A DNA stretch of 32,000 nt, from contig NZ_CP065581.1 of the NCBI RefSeq assembly GCF_018389705.1, forward strand, positions 90,001 to 122,000, read 5' to 3'. Shown in pieces: positions 1-11,732 of the stretch (position 1 is its first letter; each line of letters opens with the position of its first letter). Under the pieces are notes generated by a model. That model saw only the letters and a program-made list of their open reading frames with translations, was not told the origin of the DNA and did not search any database. This DNA is from Mycoplasma mycoides subsp. capri (GTDB lineage Bacteria; Bacillota_I; Bacilli_A; Mycoplasmatales; Mycoplasmataceae). A program made the position numbers and the translations under genes.

Positions 1-2509
1 TTAGTTTAGAATCTAAATAATTAGTTTTAGCTGTTTTTAAATAGTTATTAGCTTGTTGATTAATTTGATCAACTAATAGTTTTCTATTATCTTTAAATTC
101 TTTTATATATTTTTTATGTAAACTAATTAATTCTTGATATTTTTGATCAACTAAAGTTTTATTATCATAATCAATATCAACTTTTAAGTTTTTTAAAAAG
201 ATAATCTTTTTAGAAATAAGTTTATCAGGTAGTTTATCTAAACTTATTTTACTTTTAACATAACTATTAAAAGCATTAGCTTGTCAATAACTCATATCAA
301 CTTCTTTTTTAAATAGTTTTAAAGTAGCTTTGTAAGTTGCAAAACAATAATGTTGATATTTATTTATTAGTCAATCTATTCATTTAGGATTTTTATTTTC
401 TAAAAATTTTACTCTTAATGTATTTGAAATGCTTTCAACAATTAAAGTAAAGATAATTAAACCAAATACTAAAGCCCCAAATTCTGCATATAATGCTTCT
501 TCAAAATATCCTTTTAATAAACTTCCTAGTCGTCCAGCTCCAACAATACCTAAAGTAGCTACTTCTTTAAAGTTAATTTCAAAACGATAAATAATATATG
601 AAATTATTTCATTTTGAGTTTGAGCAAAAATACCGTATCTAAATACTTGAAACTTATTTAACCCTAAAGCTTTTAATTGGTTAACTATTTTAAAGTTTAT
701 TGTTTCATAAATTTCTCTATTATATTTTGTTAGCATTCCAATTGTTCCAACAGCTAAAGCTAATGATCCAGCAAATGGACCTACTCCAACTGCAAAAACA
801 AAAATATAAGCATACATATATGTTGGAATTGCTCTAATTAAAGTAGTTAGACATAAAACTGGTTTTGCAATAATAGGATGAACTATTTTTGATGAACTTA
901 ATAATCCTAATATATAAGCAAATACAGCTCCAATTACAGTTCCTAAAATAGCAATTGTTAGTGTTTCTCAAAGTATATAAAGAACAGAATATGATTGAGC
1001 AGTTTTATTAGTAGCGCTAAGCGGATTAGCATAATATAGTGATTCTCAATTAATATTTAAAATACTTAAAACTCTTTGGTTTGTTTCTTTTATTGATGAA
1101 CTACTTGCTAAAGAAAAGTTAACATCTTTAATTAAGAAAATAAATAAGAATAAAATAATTGCAAAAAACACAATTCTTTTAATATATGTTTTTGGCATTT
1201 TTTTTAAAACAACTTCAGGTGTTAGTGTTTTTTTAAATTTTGTAGTTTCTGTTTTTATTGTGTCTTCAACTTGACGTTTAATTTGTTCTCTAATAATTAA
1301 ACATTCATTTGCAAGTTTAGTTTGAGTGATTTTATCAATTCTTACTAAATGATCTACAAAATCAACTTTTACAAACAAGTTTTCTTTATTTTCTTTAAAT
1401 AACTTTTTATATTTGTCTTTGTCTTTTTTAACATCAAGATTATATTGTTTTTTAAATTCAGAAATTAGTTTTTTCTTTTCTAGTTTTAAAGATTGAAGTT
1501 CATTAGGATCTGTTGTTTTTGCTATTTTGTCATTAATTTCTTTTGTTAAAATGTAGTTTATATAAAATTTAAGATTACTTAATTTATCTATATTTTTATA
1601 TGGTTTTTGAATTTTATTTATTAGTTTTTTTTCTAATAAATAATCTTTTTCTTCTATTATGTAATTTCTAATTAAAAAAATAAATAATTCAATTAATAAA
1701 ATAGTTACTGCAAATATTGTTAATAAGAATCCGGCTTTGCTATATTCTGAAGAATCAAGAGTTGATTTAATTAATTCTCCATAACTATCTAATCCTGTTA
1801 CGATTGCAATAACTGAAAAATAACGAATATTAGTTTCTAAAGTATAAAGTGAAATTGATAATAAGTTAGTGGAAATTTGTGGAACTACTGCTTTTCTAAA
1901 TGATTGAAACTTATTAGCTCCAGTAGCTTGCATTGTAGTAAATACTTTTGTATCAATTTGTTCTATTTTTTCATAAAACAATTTACCAGCTACTGAAAAT
2001 GAAAAGAATATAATACCAATTACAGATGACCCATACCCAGTTAAAAAATAACCAGCTATAATCATAGCCATTGCAAAACTTGGTATAGTTCTAAATAGTG
2101 ATAAAAATCCTCTTGAAAAATTGTTAATATATCTATTTGAAACTATACTTCTTGAAGCTAGTACTGAAAAAGGAAGACATAATATTATTCCTAAAAAAGT
2201 ACCAATAAATGAAAGTTTAATAGTTTGTCATAAATTATAAAAACTAGTTTCTAAAAAAGTATTTGGTAGCCCGTGTTTTTGATTTCAATTATTAAGATCT
2301 CATTTAAAAAAATCTTTAAATAAACTAACTAATTTATCAAAATTATCAAAAAACTCACTTCATCTTTCATCAGCTAAAGCAAATCCTAAAACTACAAATA
2401 TTATTATTCCAACAGTAAAACAAATTGTAAAAACACGCTTTGGTGGTTTTGTGTAGTGATTACCTATTTTAAATAAATTTCTATCTTTAATTATTTTTTT
2501 ATTAAACAT
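1..2509 (-). CDS. phnE: Phosphonate-type ABC transporter permease (PhnE-like), two permease modules in one polypeptide; C-terminus lies beyond the left window edge
   Basis: ATG at 2509; reads through several TGA(Trp) codons, joining track ORFs 1046..2071 and 380..817. Two hydrophobic permease modules are visible ('GANKFQSFRKAVVPQ' and 'ALGLNKFQVFRYGIFAQTQ'). Adjacent to phnC and phnD. Confidence 0.85.
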
Positions 2510-2512
2510 TAT

Positions 2513-3265
2513 CTATTCTCCATAGATTTTTTTCATTGCTTGAGCATCCAATTTACTTGGAACATCATCAAAAACAATTTCTCCATTATTTAATCCAATT
2601 ACTCTTGTTGCATATTTTTTTGCAAGATCAACATGGTGAATATTGATTATTACAGTAATTCCATCTTTTTTATTAATGTTTTTAAAATCTTTCATTACTT
2701 GATTTGCAAGAATTGGATCTAAAGCAGAAACAGGTTCATCAGCAATGATTAAAAAAGGTTGTTGAGCTAAGGTTCTAGCTAGTGCTACACGTTGTTGTTG
2801 ACCACCACTTAAATTATCAGCTCTTATATAAGCATAATCTAATAGGTTTAATTTGTCTAAAGAATTTAAAGCAATCATCTTATCTTCTCTTTTAAAGAAT
2901 CCAAGAATTTTGTTTATTCCTTTTTGACTACTTACTCTAGCGTTTAAAACATTTTGTAAAACTGTTTTATTTGCAATGTTGTTATATTCTTGAGACATTA
3001 AACCAATTTTTTGTCTAAGTTTTTGAAGTTTTTTACCTCTAGTTTTAGTTACTTCATAATGCTCTTTTGTTTTATCAAAATCAATAATAATTTCACCTGA
3101 AGAAATATCATTAATTTTATTAATGGTTTTTAAAAGTGTAGTTTTTCCAGCTCCAGATAACCCAATAACTGCAACTAATTCACCTTTATTAATTTCTAAA
3201 TTTATATTTTTTAAAACTTGTTTTCCATTAGGTCAAACTTTATTTACATTATTAAATAGTATCAT
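2513..3265 (-). CDS. phnC: Phosphonate-type ABC transporter ATP-binding protein, 250 aa
   Basis: [45 protein letters not shown]; Walker A [9 protein letters not shown], signature LSGGQQQRVALARTLAQQP, Walker B FLIIADEP; one TGA codon read as Trp. Confidence 0.92.
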
Positions 3266-3281
3266 TATTTACCAATCTCTA

Positions 3282-4649
3282 TCAATTAATATCTTTTACT
3301 AATTTTTTAATAGCTTCGATATTTGTATTAGATTTTGAAATCTCTTCATCTATTTTACTTCCAGGAATGATATATCTTTCATGGTTGTAAATTTTAAATA
3401 TCTTTTTAGCTTCATCATTTTTTTCAATTAGATCAACAAATGATTGTCTTACATCATCTAAAAGTTGTTTATCTTTAAAAACTGATTTTGATGATTTTGA
3501 ATAAGAAATACCATCATTATAAATTGATTGTGAAGCACCAATAACTAATGAATTTTCAAATAATTCTTTTTCTTTTTGTCTTTCTTCTCTTATTTTATTT
3601 TCGTCTTTACCATCTGTTTGTCTATCTCTAAAACGAATATCAGAAAAACCAAAAGTAATTGCATATTTACTACTTTCAGCTTTTGCATCTTTGCTTCCAA
3701 TAGTTGTTGCTGAATCAGTAAATGAAAGAGCTTTTACAAATCTTCTGCTAGTATCTTTTTCAGTTAACATTTTAGTAATTTCAGTTTCACTTAATCCTAC
3801 AAAGTCTTTTAGTCATAAAACTGGATATAAGAATCCTGAACTTGATGTTTTAGATTTACCAATTCCAATTTTAACTTTAGGATTTTGAAATAGCATTTTT
3901 AAAAGATCTTTGTATTTTTTTACATTACCATTTTTATTACCATCTTTTAATAAAGAATCAATAGCTTCATAGTAATTTTTACCTTTTCATTCACCATTTG
4001 AATTGTTATCTACACTAATAGATTTTAAAATTGGAATATTTGCAAAAACATATGATCTATAGTAGTTTGCAGGATTTTGTGAATCATATATTCCTTTTGA
4101 ATAACCATCCTTATCAGCATTAGGCTTAGCTTTTTCAACAGAATCCTTATAATTCTTAATTAAGTTGAATGATGTTTCATCACTTATTTGAGTGGTTGCC
4201 TTTTCGTTATCAAACTTATCGCCATTTTTAAAATCTTGAAGTGTAGTTTCAGGAGTTACACCAGATCTTCCAGCAGTTAATAGAACTCCTAATTTACTAT
4301 AAGTTCCATCGTTTTGCTTTTCACCTCTATAAGCTGAATAAGTATTTATAGGTAAAAATCCAATATCTTCATTTCCATTAGCTAATGATTGACCAGCAAT
4401 TTCATAGTTTTGACTAGTTGTAACTTTAACTTTTTTATCGAATTTAGCTCCTCTTTTTGAAGCCTTTTCTTTTAAAGATTCAGTTAACAATCTTTCTAGT
4501 GATGCTGTTGTTGATTCAACTTCAGTTTGGTTTTGAGATGGAACAAAAACAACTCTTAGTTCGTTATCTCTTTTACCACAAGCAACAGTAACAACAGTAG
4601 CACTAGTAGCTAATAAACTTATTCCCATTAATGATATTAATTTTTTCAT
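3282..4649 (-). CDS. phnD: Phosphonate/p37-like high-affinity transport substrate-binding lipoprotein, 455 aa
   Basis: Lipoprotein signal MKKLISLMGISLLATSATVVTVACGK, then RVVFVPSQNQ...; first gene of the phnDCE-like cluster; TGA(Trp) readthrough joins 3987..4649 to 3282..3770. Mycoplasma homologues are often annotated cypl/p37. Confidence 0.85.
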
Positions 4650-4891
4650 ATTATTCTCTTTCTTTAGTTTTTGTTTACAAACTAAATAATTTATTTAGTA
4701 AGTAAAGATATATGTTACATAATTTATTATATAAGAATTAATATACTCAAAATATTAATAAAAGGCTTTTATAGAACCGATATAAACATAAAATACATTC
4801 CAAAAAATAAAAATATTTTTACATACAAGTATGCAATTGTGCTTTATTTTTTAATATTTTATGCTTAGATATTTAAAAATTAGAGAATAAA

Positions 4892-4930
4892 AACAAATGC
4901 AATAGCATTTAATTTTGTATTGCATTTGTT
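4892..4930 (-). terminator. Intrinsic terminator downstream of asnS
   Basis: Stem AACAAATGCAATA ... TATTGCATTTGTT with 13 complementary bases, followed in the minus direction by an A-rich (U-rich in RNA) stretch. Confidence 0.75.
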
Positions 4931-4939
4931 TGTTAATAA

Positions 4940-6304
4940 TTAAAATAATAAGTTTTTTGGAGTTCTTGGGAATGGAATAACATCTCTAATATTTGAAGCT
5001 CCAGTAATATACATAACTAGTCTTTCAAATCCTAACCCAAACCCAGCTGATTTGTAATATCCATACAATCTTAAATTGTTATATCATTCTAATTGATCAA
5101 TATCAATATTTACTTCTTTACATCTTTTGATTAGTTTTTCATAATTATCTTCACGTTGACTTCCACCAACTAATTCACCAATTCCAGGAACTAATAAATC
5201 AACAGCAGCAACAGTCTTATTATCATCATTTTGTTTCATATAAAATGCTTTAATTTCTTTTGGATAATTAGTTACAAAAGTTGGAGCTTTATTTACTTGT
5301 TCACAAATATATCTTTCATGTTCAGTTCCTAAATCTAATCCAAATTCAATATCTGAAACTTCGAATTTGTGACCATCTTTTACTGCTTGTTTTAAAATTT
5401 CAATAGCTTGTGTATAAGTTGTAATTTTGAATTCTGAATTTCTAACATTATTTAATTTATCAATTAAACCATTTTCTAAATGTTCATTACAAAATTCTAA
5501 TTCTCTTCTATTGTGTTTAAAAATGTAATTAATGATATATTTAACCATATCTTGAATTAGTTGAATATTATCTTTTAAATCAGCAAAAGCAACTTCTGGT
5601 TCAATCATTCAAAATTCAGCAGCATGTTTTGCAGTATTTGAATTTTCAGCTCTAAAAGTAGGACCAAATGTATAAACTTTTTTAAAAGCTTGAGCAAAAG
5701 CTTCTGCATGCAATTGTCCTGAAACTGTTAAGCTTGCTTTTTTACCAAAAAAGTCTTTTTCATAGTCTGCATCTTCACGTGTTGTTACTAAAAATGCTTC
5801 ACCAGCTCCTTCAGCATCATTTGAAGTAATAATTGGTGAATGTATATAAACAAAGTTTCTTTCATTAAAAAATCTATGAATAGCATAAGCAGCTGCTGAT
5901 CTGATTTTAAAAATAGCATTAAATGTTTTTGTTTTTGCTCTTAAGTGAGCGATTTCTCTTAAATATTCAGTTGTGTGTTCTTTTTTTTGTAATGGATAAT
6001 CTTCAATTGCTTGATCAATAAGTTCGATTTCATCTGCTTGTAGTTCGAATTTTTGTTGTTTTTCTGGAGTTAAAACAACTCTTCCAATAACTTTAACAAT
6101 TGAACTAACTCTTGCTTGTAATGCTTGTTCATATCCTTTAGTTTTAGTTTTATAAACTACTTGTAAATCAGTAAAAGTTGTTCCGTCATTTAAAATCATA
6201 AATGAAACAAATTTACCTTGTCTATTAGATCTAACTCTACCAAGTATTTCAACTTCTTTATCAAGTAATTCAGAGTGTTGTTCAAATATTTGTCTGATTT
6301 CCAT
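4940..6304 (-). CDS. asnS: Asparaginyl-tRNA synthetase, 454 aa
   Basis: [41 protein letters not shown]...; class II motifs '[26 protein letters not shown]' and '[34 protein letters not shown]'. TGA read as Trp. Confidence 0.95.
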
Positions 6305-6312
6305 AATATCTC

Positions 6313-7152
6313 CTAATTTAAAATATATTTTTCTATAAATTTACCTACACCACCATTTATATTTGTATCAGTGATATATTTTGCTTTTTGTTTAATTTGA
6401 TCAACTGCATTTTCTACAGCTACACAATTTGGGATTTCTTCAAACATTGTCATATCGTTCATATTATCACCAAATACTACAACATCATTAATATCAACAT
6501 TTAAGATTTCAGCCATTTTTTTAATAGCTTTTCCTTTAGTTGCTGTAATATTTGTAAATTCATAAATTGGAATAGTTTCAATATGATTTCTCATACTTGT
6601 TAAATGTTCATCTAATTTTTCAGCTTTAAATCAATCTTCTAGAATTTGATTTTTTTCTAGTGGAACAAAAATCATAATCTGAACTGGATCAATAAAATCA
6701 AAATTTCCATCAGTAGAACATATTGTTTTATTAAATCTTTCAAATCAATTTCTTTTAATCATACTATCAACTTCAAAAGGAATATTGTTTCAATAAACAT
6801 CACTAGCTGTTGCTGTAAATATTACTGTACAAATATTTAATTCAGTTAATTTTTTAACCATTTTATTAACAATAGCATTATCAATTTTATTTACATAAAC
6901 TGGTTCAAAACTACTGATTTTTGAAATTAAAGCTCCATTAGCTAAAACAGCTAAATCAACGTGCTCACCTATACTAAATAAATCTGCTCTAGGTTTTGCT
7001 GATTTATAAGGTTGGCCTGTTGCTATTGTTACATGGATATTGTTTTTAATAGCTTTTTCTAATATTGGTTTATCAATATCGTTTGCTAATTTTCCATGAT
7101 GTAAAACTGTTCCATCTAAATCTGTAACAATTAGCTTAATATTTTTTAACAT
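6313..7152 (-). CDS. Cof-type HAD-superfamily hydrolase, 279 aa
   Basis: N-terminal LIVTDLDGTVLHHG (HAD motif I), C-terminal VVVFGDNMNDMTMF (motif IV); TGA(Trp) readthrough. Confidence 0.88.
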
Positions 7153-7162
7153 TTACTACTCC

Positions 7163-8293
7163 TTAGTCTTTATAAAAAAATGTTGAAATTTCTTTTTTTT
7201 CATTAAAGTTATTTAAGATGATTTTATCAATAATACCCATCTTTTCTAAAGCTATGCTTGTTTTATTATTATCTTTTATAATTTTGTTTTCAAATTGTAA
7301 AATTCTATATATAGTTTGATAATAATGTTCTTTTAAACTTAAACAATGTTTTGAAGTTTCATAAATTAAAAGTTCATCATTTAGATTAAATTTTTTTCTA
7401 TTTATAAACATTCTTATTGAATCATTATGACTAGAAATTTTATCTTCAATTGAATGAATAAATAAAATTGGAATTTTAGCTGGAATAATATGCTGTTTTT
7501 CATATTTGTCAAACAAATTCATTTTATTTCAATCAGATAAAGTTAAATCTTTTTGCTTTTTTAAAATTTGTTTAATTAAATAAATATCATATTTTTTAGA
7601 AAAAAATCTTTTAAAGCTTAGTTTTAATAACTTATTTAATAAAGAACTAATGCTTGCATAACTACTATCACTAATAATAAATTTAACTTTGTTTTCTTCT
7701 AAGAATTTTTGCTGAGTTAAAGTTAAATAATTAATAACAAAAGCCCCCATACTTAAACCAAGTAAACCAATAGTTTGTACTTTTTGAGTTTGATTTAAAT
7801 AATTAATTGCTGCAATTAGATCTTTACTTTCTAATAAGCCCATTGTTACAAATGGTGTTTCTTCAGAATCACCATGATTTCTAAAATCATAAACTAATAC
7901 ATTATATCCAAGTTCAATAAAAGCTTTAGATCAATACAAACTTCAATATTTATCACCTAAAAATCAATGACTAACAATAACTCATTTTTTAGACTTATGA
8001 TCAGTTATGTATTTAAGTGCAGAAATTGTTATATTATCACTAGTTTTAAATTTAATTGGAATTAAATTATCGTTGATCTTAAATTCTAGTTCTTTATGTT
8101 TAAAAAATAATCTCATAATCTTATTCATTTTATTGATTTCAGGATTCATATAAATATGTTTTTTAGAATGAGATTTTTTAAAAAATACTGAAGTTTCAAG
8201 TAATTTATGAAATTTAGCAAATGATTTATTTATTGATCTAAATATCTTATTCCCACTTTTTTTAATAAGAGCTCTTTTTTGTTTAGCTGTCAT
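7163..8293 (-). CDS. Alpha/beta hydrolase family protein, 376 aa
   Basis: Contains 'NVLVYDFRNHGDS' and the nucleophile elbow 'IGLLGLSMGAF'; late 'IPILFIHSIEDKI' and 'SKHCLS' fit the Asp/His positions. Joined from 7163..7522, 7529..7843 and 7982..8293 through TGA codons. Confidence 0.8.
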
Positions 8294-8316
8294 AATAATC
8301 TTTCTTTTTAAAATTA

Positions 8317-9273
8317 TTATTTGTTATTTAAAAGAATTTTTTCATATGCTAATTTAGCAATCATAGCAGCATTATCTGTACAATAACTCATCTTAGGAAC
8401 AAATGTATTTTTAATATTGTATTTTTCACCCAATCTTAAAATTATTTTTCTAATTTCACTATTAGCACTTACCCCACCAGCAACAGTTAATGTTTTTGGT
8501 TTAAATTCTTTAATTGCTTTTTCTAGTTTTTTTTCAACAATGTTTGTTGCTGTATATTGAAAACTAGCTGCAAAATCTTCTAAATTAATTTCTTGATTTT
8601 TTTGATTCAAATTATGAATCAAATTTATACAAGCAGTTTTTAATCCAGAATAAGAAAAATCATAATTATCTTCATCTTTTAAAACAGGTAATAAATAAGA
8701 ATCTTTATTTCCTTTTAAAGCCAATTTATCTAAAATTGGTCCTCCTGGATAAGAAAGCCCTAAAACTCTAGCTACTTTGTCATAACATTCACCAATAGCA
8801 TCATCTCTAGTTGATCCAATGATTTGAAAATCATTTGCAGAATTAATAATTTCAATTTGAGTATGTCCACCAGAAACAACCATTGCTAAAACTGGATATA
8901 TAAACTCATTTTCAATACTAGCTCCAAAAATATGTCCTTGAATATGATCTAAAGCTAATATTGGTTTGTTTATATATAAACTAATAGTTTCAGCTACAAG
9001 TTTTCCAACAATCAAAGAACCAATTAATCCTGGAGATTTTGTATAAGCTACATAATCAATATCTTTGATACTTAAATTAGCTTCGGTTAATGCTGCTTTT
9101 AATACTCAATTAAAATTTTGTACATGTAATCTTGCTGCTAATTCAGGAACAACACCACCAAATACTTGATGATCTTTTATTTGAGATGAAATAACGTTTG
9201 TAAGAATTTTATTATTATCAATAATCGAAATAGAAAATTCATCACAACTTGACTCAATAGCTAAGATTTTCAT
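8317..9273 (-). CDS. tsaD: tRNA N6-adenosine threonylcarbamoyltransferase, 318 aa
   Basis: [17 protein letters not shown]..., 'SGGHTQI', 'GPILDKLA', '[11 protein letters not shown]'; TGA(Trp) readthrough from 9015 to 9273. Confidence 0.94.
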
Positions 9274-9366
9274 TTCTCTCCTTTAAACTACTTTAAATAA
9301 AAAAATAAATAATAAAAAAAGAATACCCACAATAGTTTTTTAGATGGTTGAGTAATCTTATATTTA

Positions 9367-9588
9367 TTATTTTTTCTTGTCTTTGTTATTAATGCTATCT
9401 CTAACTTGACCTGTAGTTCTATGAATGATTACTGAACCTTGGCGTTTTTTTGTTAACTCGTTAGCATAAGCAATGGCTTCTTTTTGAGTATCAAATAATT
9501 TAGTAGGACGTGTGTTACCTACACCTTTTACTTGTCATTTACCATCATATGGTGTAACATGATAAACTGTTGCTTGTTTTTCAGCCAT
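9367..9588 (-). CDS. Small DUF2188-like protein, 73 aa
   Basis: MAEKQATVYHVTPYDGKWQVKGVGNTRPTKLFDTQKEAIAYANELTKKRQGSVIIHRTTGQVRDSINNKDKKK*. 'W.VK..G...A...F.TQ.EAI.YA...AK...' pattern typical of DUF2188. Absent from the track because of its internal TGA and short length. Confidence 0.75.
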
Positions 9589-9787
9589 ATTTCTCCTTTA
9601 TTTAAATATAAATATATATTTTATTTTACTATAGAGTTTTTTTAAATGCTCTAATTTTAAATGCAAAATATTTGACAATAATTATAAAATTAAAGATATT
9701 TATTTTAATGATTATTAAATACAAGTTTTCAACTAATGAACTTATAGATTTAAATAATATAATTTAATTAAGAAAAGAGATGATTTT

Positions 9788-11146
9788 ATGTTAATAAATG
9801 ATACAGTAGTTGCTCCTGCTACAAATATTTCAACTCAAGCTATTGCTTTAATTAGAGTTAGTGGTTCTGAAGCTTTTTTAATAGTTAATAAGCTAATTAA
9901 AGATAAAAAACTAGAAGAAAAAAGAGGATTATTTTTAAGAAAATTGTATTTTGAAAACGAATTAATTGATGAAGTAGTTTTATCTTGTTTTGTTGCTCCT
10001 AATTCTTTTACTGGTGAAAATGTTGTTGAAATTGCTTGTCATGGTGGAATTTTAAATACTAATAAAATCATCAATATTTTAATTCAATCAGGAGCTAGAA
10101 TGGCTTTAAGAGGAGAATTTAGTCAACGTTCTTTTTTAAATGGAAAAATTGATTTAATTCAAGCTGAAGGTATTAATAATTTAATTCATGCAAAAAATGA
10201 TTTAGCTTTAAAAATTGGTGTTGCTAATATGAGTGGATCTAATAATAAAGCAATTATTGAATTAAAAGATAATTTATTAGATATTATTAGTCGTATTCAA
10301 GTTTCAATTGATTATCCTGATTATGATGATGTTGAAGGCTCAAGTATAGAAGATTTAACTAATTTATTAGAAATTATTAATGATCAAATTAATAAACTTT
10401 TAATGAGATCTAAAATGGCTTTTAAAAACTCTGAAGGAATTAAAACTGCTATTATTGGTCAAACTAATGTTGGTAAATCATCAATTTTAAATGCTTTAAT
10501 TAATGAAGATAAAGCAATTGTTACAGATATTCCAGGAACTACTAGAGATATAGTTGAAGGACAAATTAATCTAGAAAATGTTAGTTTAAATTTAATTGAT
10601 ACAGCTGGAATTAGAAAAACTAGTGATGTTGTTGAAAATTTAGGAATTTTAAAATCTAAAAACTTAATCAATGAAGCTGATTTAGTTTTATTTGTTGTTA
10701 ATAAAGAAAATATTAATGATTCAGATAATCAAGAAATTTTTGAACTTTTAAAAGATAAAACTTATATTTTAATTGTAAATAAGGCTGAAAAACTAAGTCA
10801 AACTGAAAAACAAAACTTAGAAAAAAAATATGAAAATATTGTATTTACTAGTGCTATAAATCACGATATAGACCAATTAGTTTTAAGAATTAATCAAATG
10901 TTTTTAAATGAAGAGATTAGTAAAAATGATGAACTAATTTTAATTGGATTAAATCAAATTACTTTAGTTGAACAAATCAAAAACAAACTTTCAACTGCTT
11001 TAAGTGTAATTAAATCAGGAATGCCTATTGATATAGTAAACGTTGATTTATATGATGCTTGAAACCTATTAAATGAACTAATTGGTGTTGAGTATGAAGA
11101 TGAAATTATTGATAATATCTTTAGAAAATATTGTTTAGGAAAATAA
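9788..11146 (+). CDS. mnmE: tRNA-5-carboxymethylaminomethyl-2-thiouridine GTPase, 452 aa
   Basis: [26 protein letters not shown]...; G motifs [21 protein letters not shown]; C-terminal '...FRKYCLGK*' with the terminal Cys-x-Gly-Lys motif after a TGA(Trp) codon. Confidence 0.96.
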
Positions 11147-11151
11147 AAAAA

Positions 11152-11170
11152 ATCAACCTGATAGGTTGAT
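11152..11170 (-). terminator. Intrinsic terminator of rpsT
   Basis: Perfect 8-bp stem ATCAACCT-GAT-AGGTTGAT with an A-rich stretch on its left (U-run in the minus direction). Confidence 0.75.
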
Positions 11171-11194
11171 AACATTATTTTATGGATTGAAAAA

Positions 11195-11440
11195 CTAAGC
11201 ACTCATTAAGCGTGATTTTTCTCTAGCAGCTTTATTATCTTTAAAGATTCCTTTTTTTAAACCTTTATCTACTAAACTTACTGCATGATTAACTAATTCA
11301 GCTTTATTTGCATCATCATTAGATTTTGCATTTAAAGCTTTTTTAATAGCAGTTTTAATTTCTGATTTAAATGCTTTATTTGCTAATCTTGATTTTTCAT
11401 TAGTTAAAACACGTTTTTCTTGAGATTTAATATTTGCCAT
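11195..11440 (-). CDS. rpsT: 30S ribosomal protein S20 (bS20), 81 aa
   Basis: MANIKSQEKRVLTNEKSRLANKAFKSEIKTAIKKAL...; start chosen at MANIK with AAAGGAG upstream rather than the longer track ORF. Confidence 0.95.
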   Translation of the reverse strand: MANIKSQEKRVLTNEKSRLANKAFKSEIKTAIKKALNAKSNDDANKAELVNHAVSLVDKGLKKGIFKDNKAAREKSRLMSA

Positions 11441-11540
11441 TTTTTCAACTCCTTTTATAAACAATAATTTATAATACAACAATAAGTATAACAAAATTTA
11501 AACAAATTTTTAAAAATATTAGTTTATTGGTTGGATTATT

Positions 11541-11660
11541 AAATAAAAAATGAGCTTGTAAAAACTCATTTTTAGTTCTACTTCCTTATTTCATGACCAT
11601 TACGAAGATCAAAGGGCCGGCAAGAACCACGACCGCCTATAAGTGCGATTAAATAATAAA
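11541..11660 (-). ncRNA. Candidate structured small RNA of unknown family, with its own intrinsic terminator
   Basis: GC-rich island in AT-rich intergenic DNA. Minus strand: CGCACTTATAGGCGGTCGTGGTTCTTGCCGGCCCTTTGATCTTCGTAATGGTCATGAAATAAGGAAGTAGAACTAAAAATGAG-TTTTTACAAG-CTCATTTTTTATTT. Pairings: TGGTTCT/AGAACTA, CCTT/AAGG, TGATC/GGTCA; 9-bp terminator stem plus U-run at the 3' end. Confidence 0.6.
11546..11573 (-). terminator. Intrinsic terminator of the small-RNA candidate
   Basis: AAAAATGAG ... CTCATTTTT, 9-bp stem followed by T-rich DNA in the minus direction. Confidence 0.7.
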
Positions 11661-11732
11661 TATTTAAATACAACTTTATAATATCAATAAAAACACTTTT
11701 ATAGAATTATTTCATAAATATTTAGTTTCAAA

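Noticed and set aside
3691-3888. Small plus-strand ORF inside phnD
   Set aside because: Antisense to a conserved substrate-binding protein, with no RBS and no known similarity.
380-9015. Many short separate minus-strand ORFs in the track as individual genes or frameshifted pseudogenes
   Set aside because: Breaks coincide with TGA in a single continuous frame. Under translation code 4 they merge into full-length conserved proteins (phnE, phnC, phnD, asnS, HAD, hydrolase, tsaD).
11577-11660. SRP 4.5S RNA or tRNA identity for the GC-rich island
   Set aside because: The SRP tetraloop/symmetric-loop signature and T-loop GGTTCRAATCC are absent, so it is kept only as an unclassified structured RNA.
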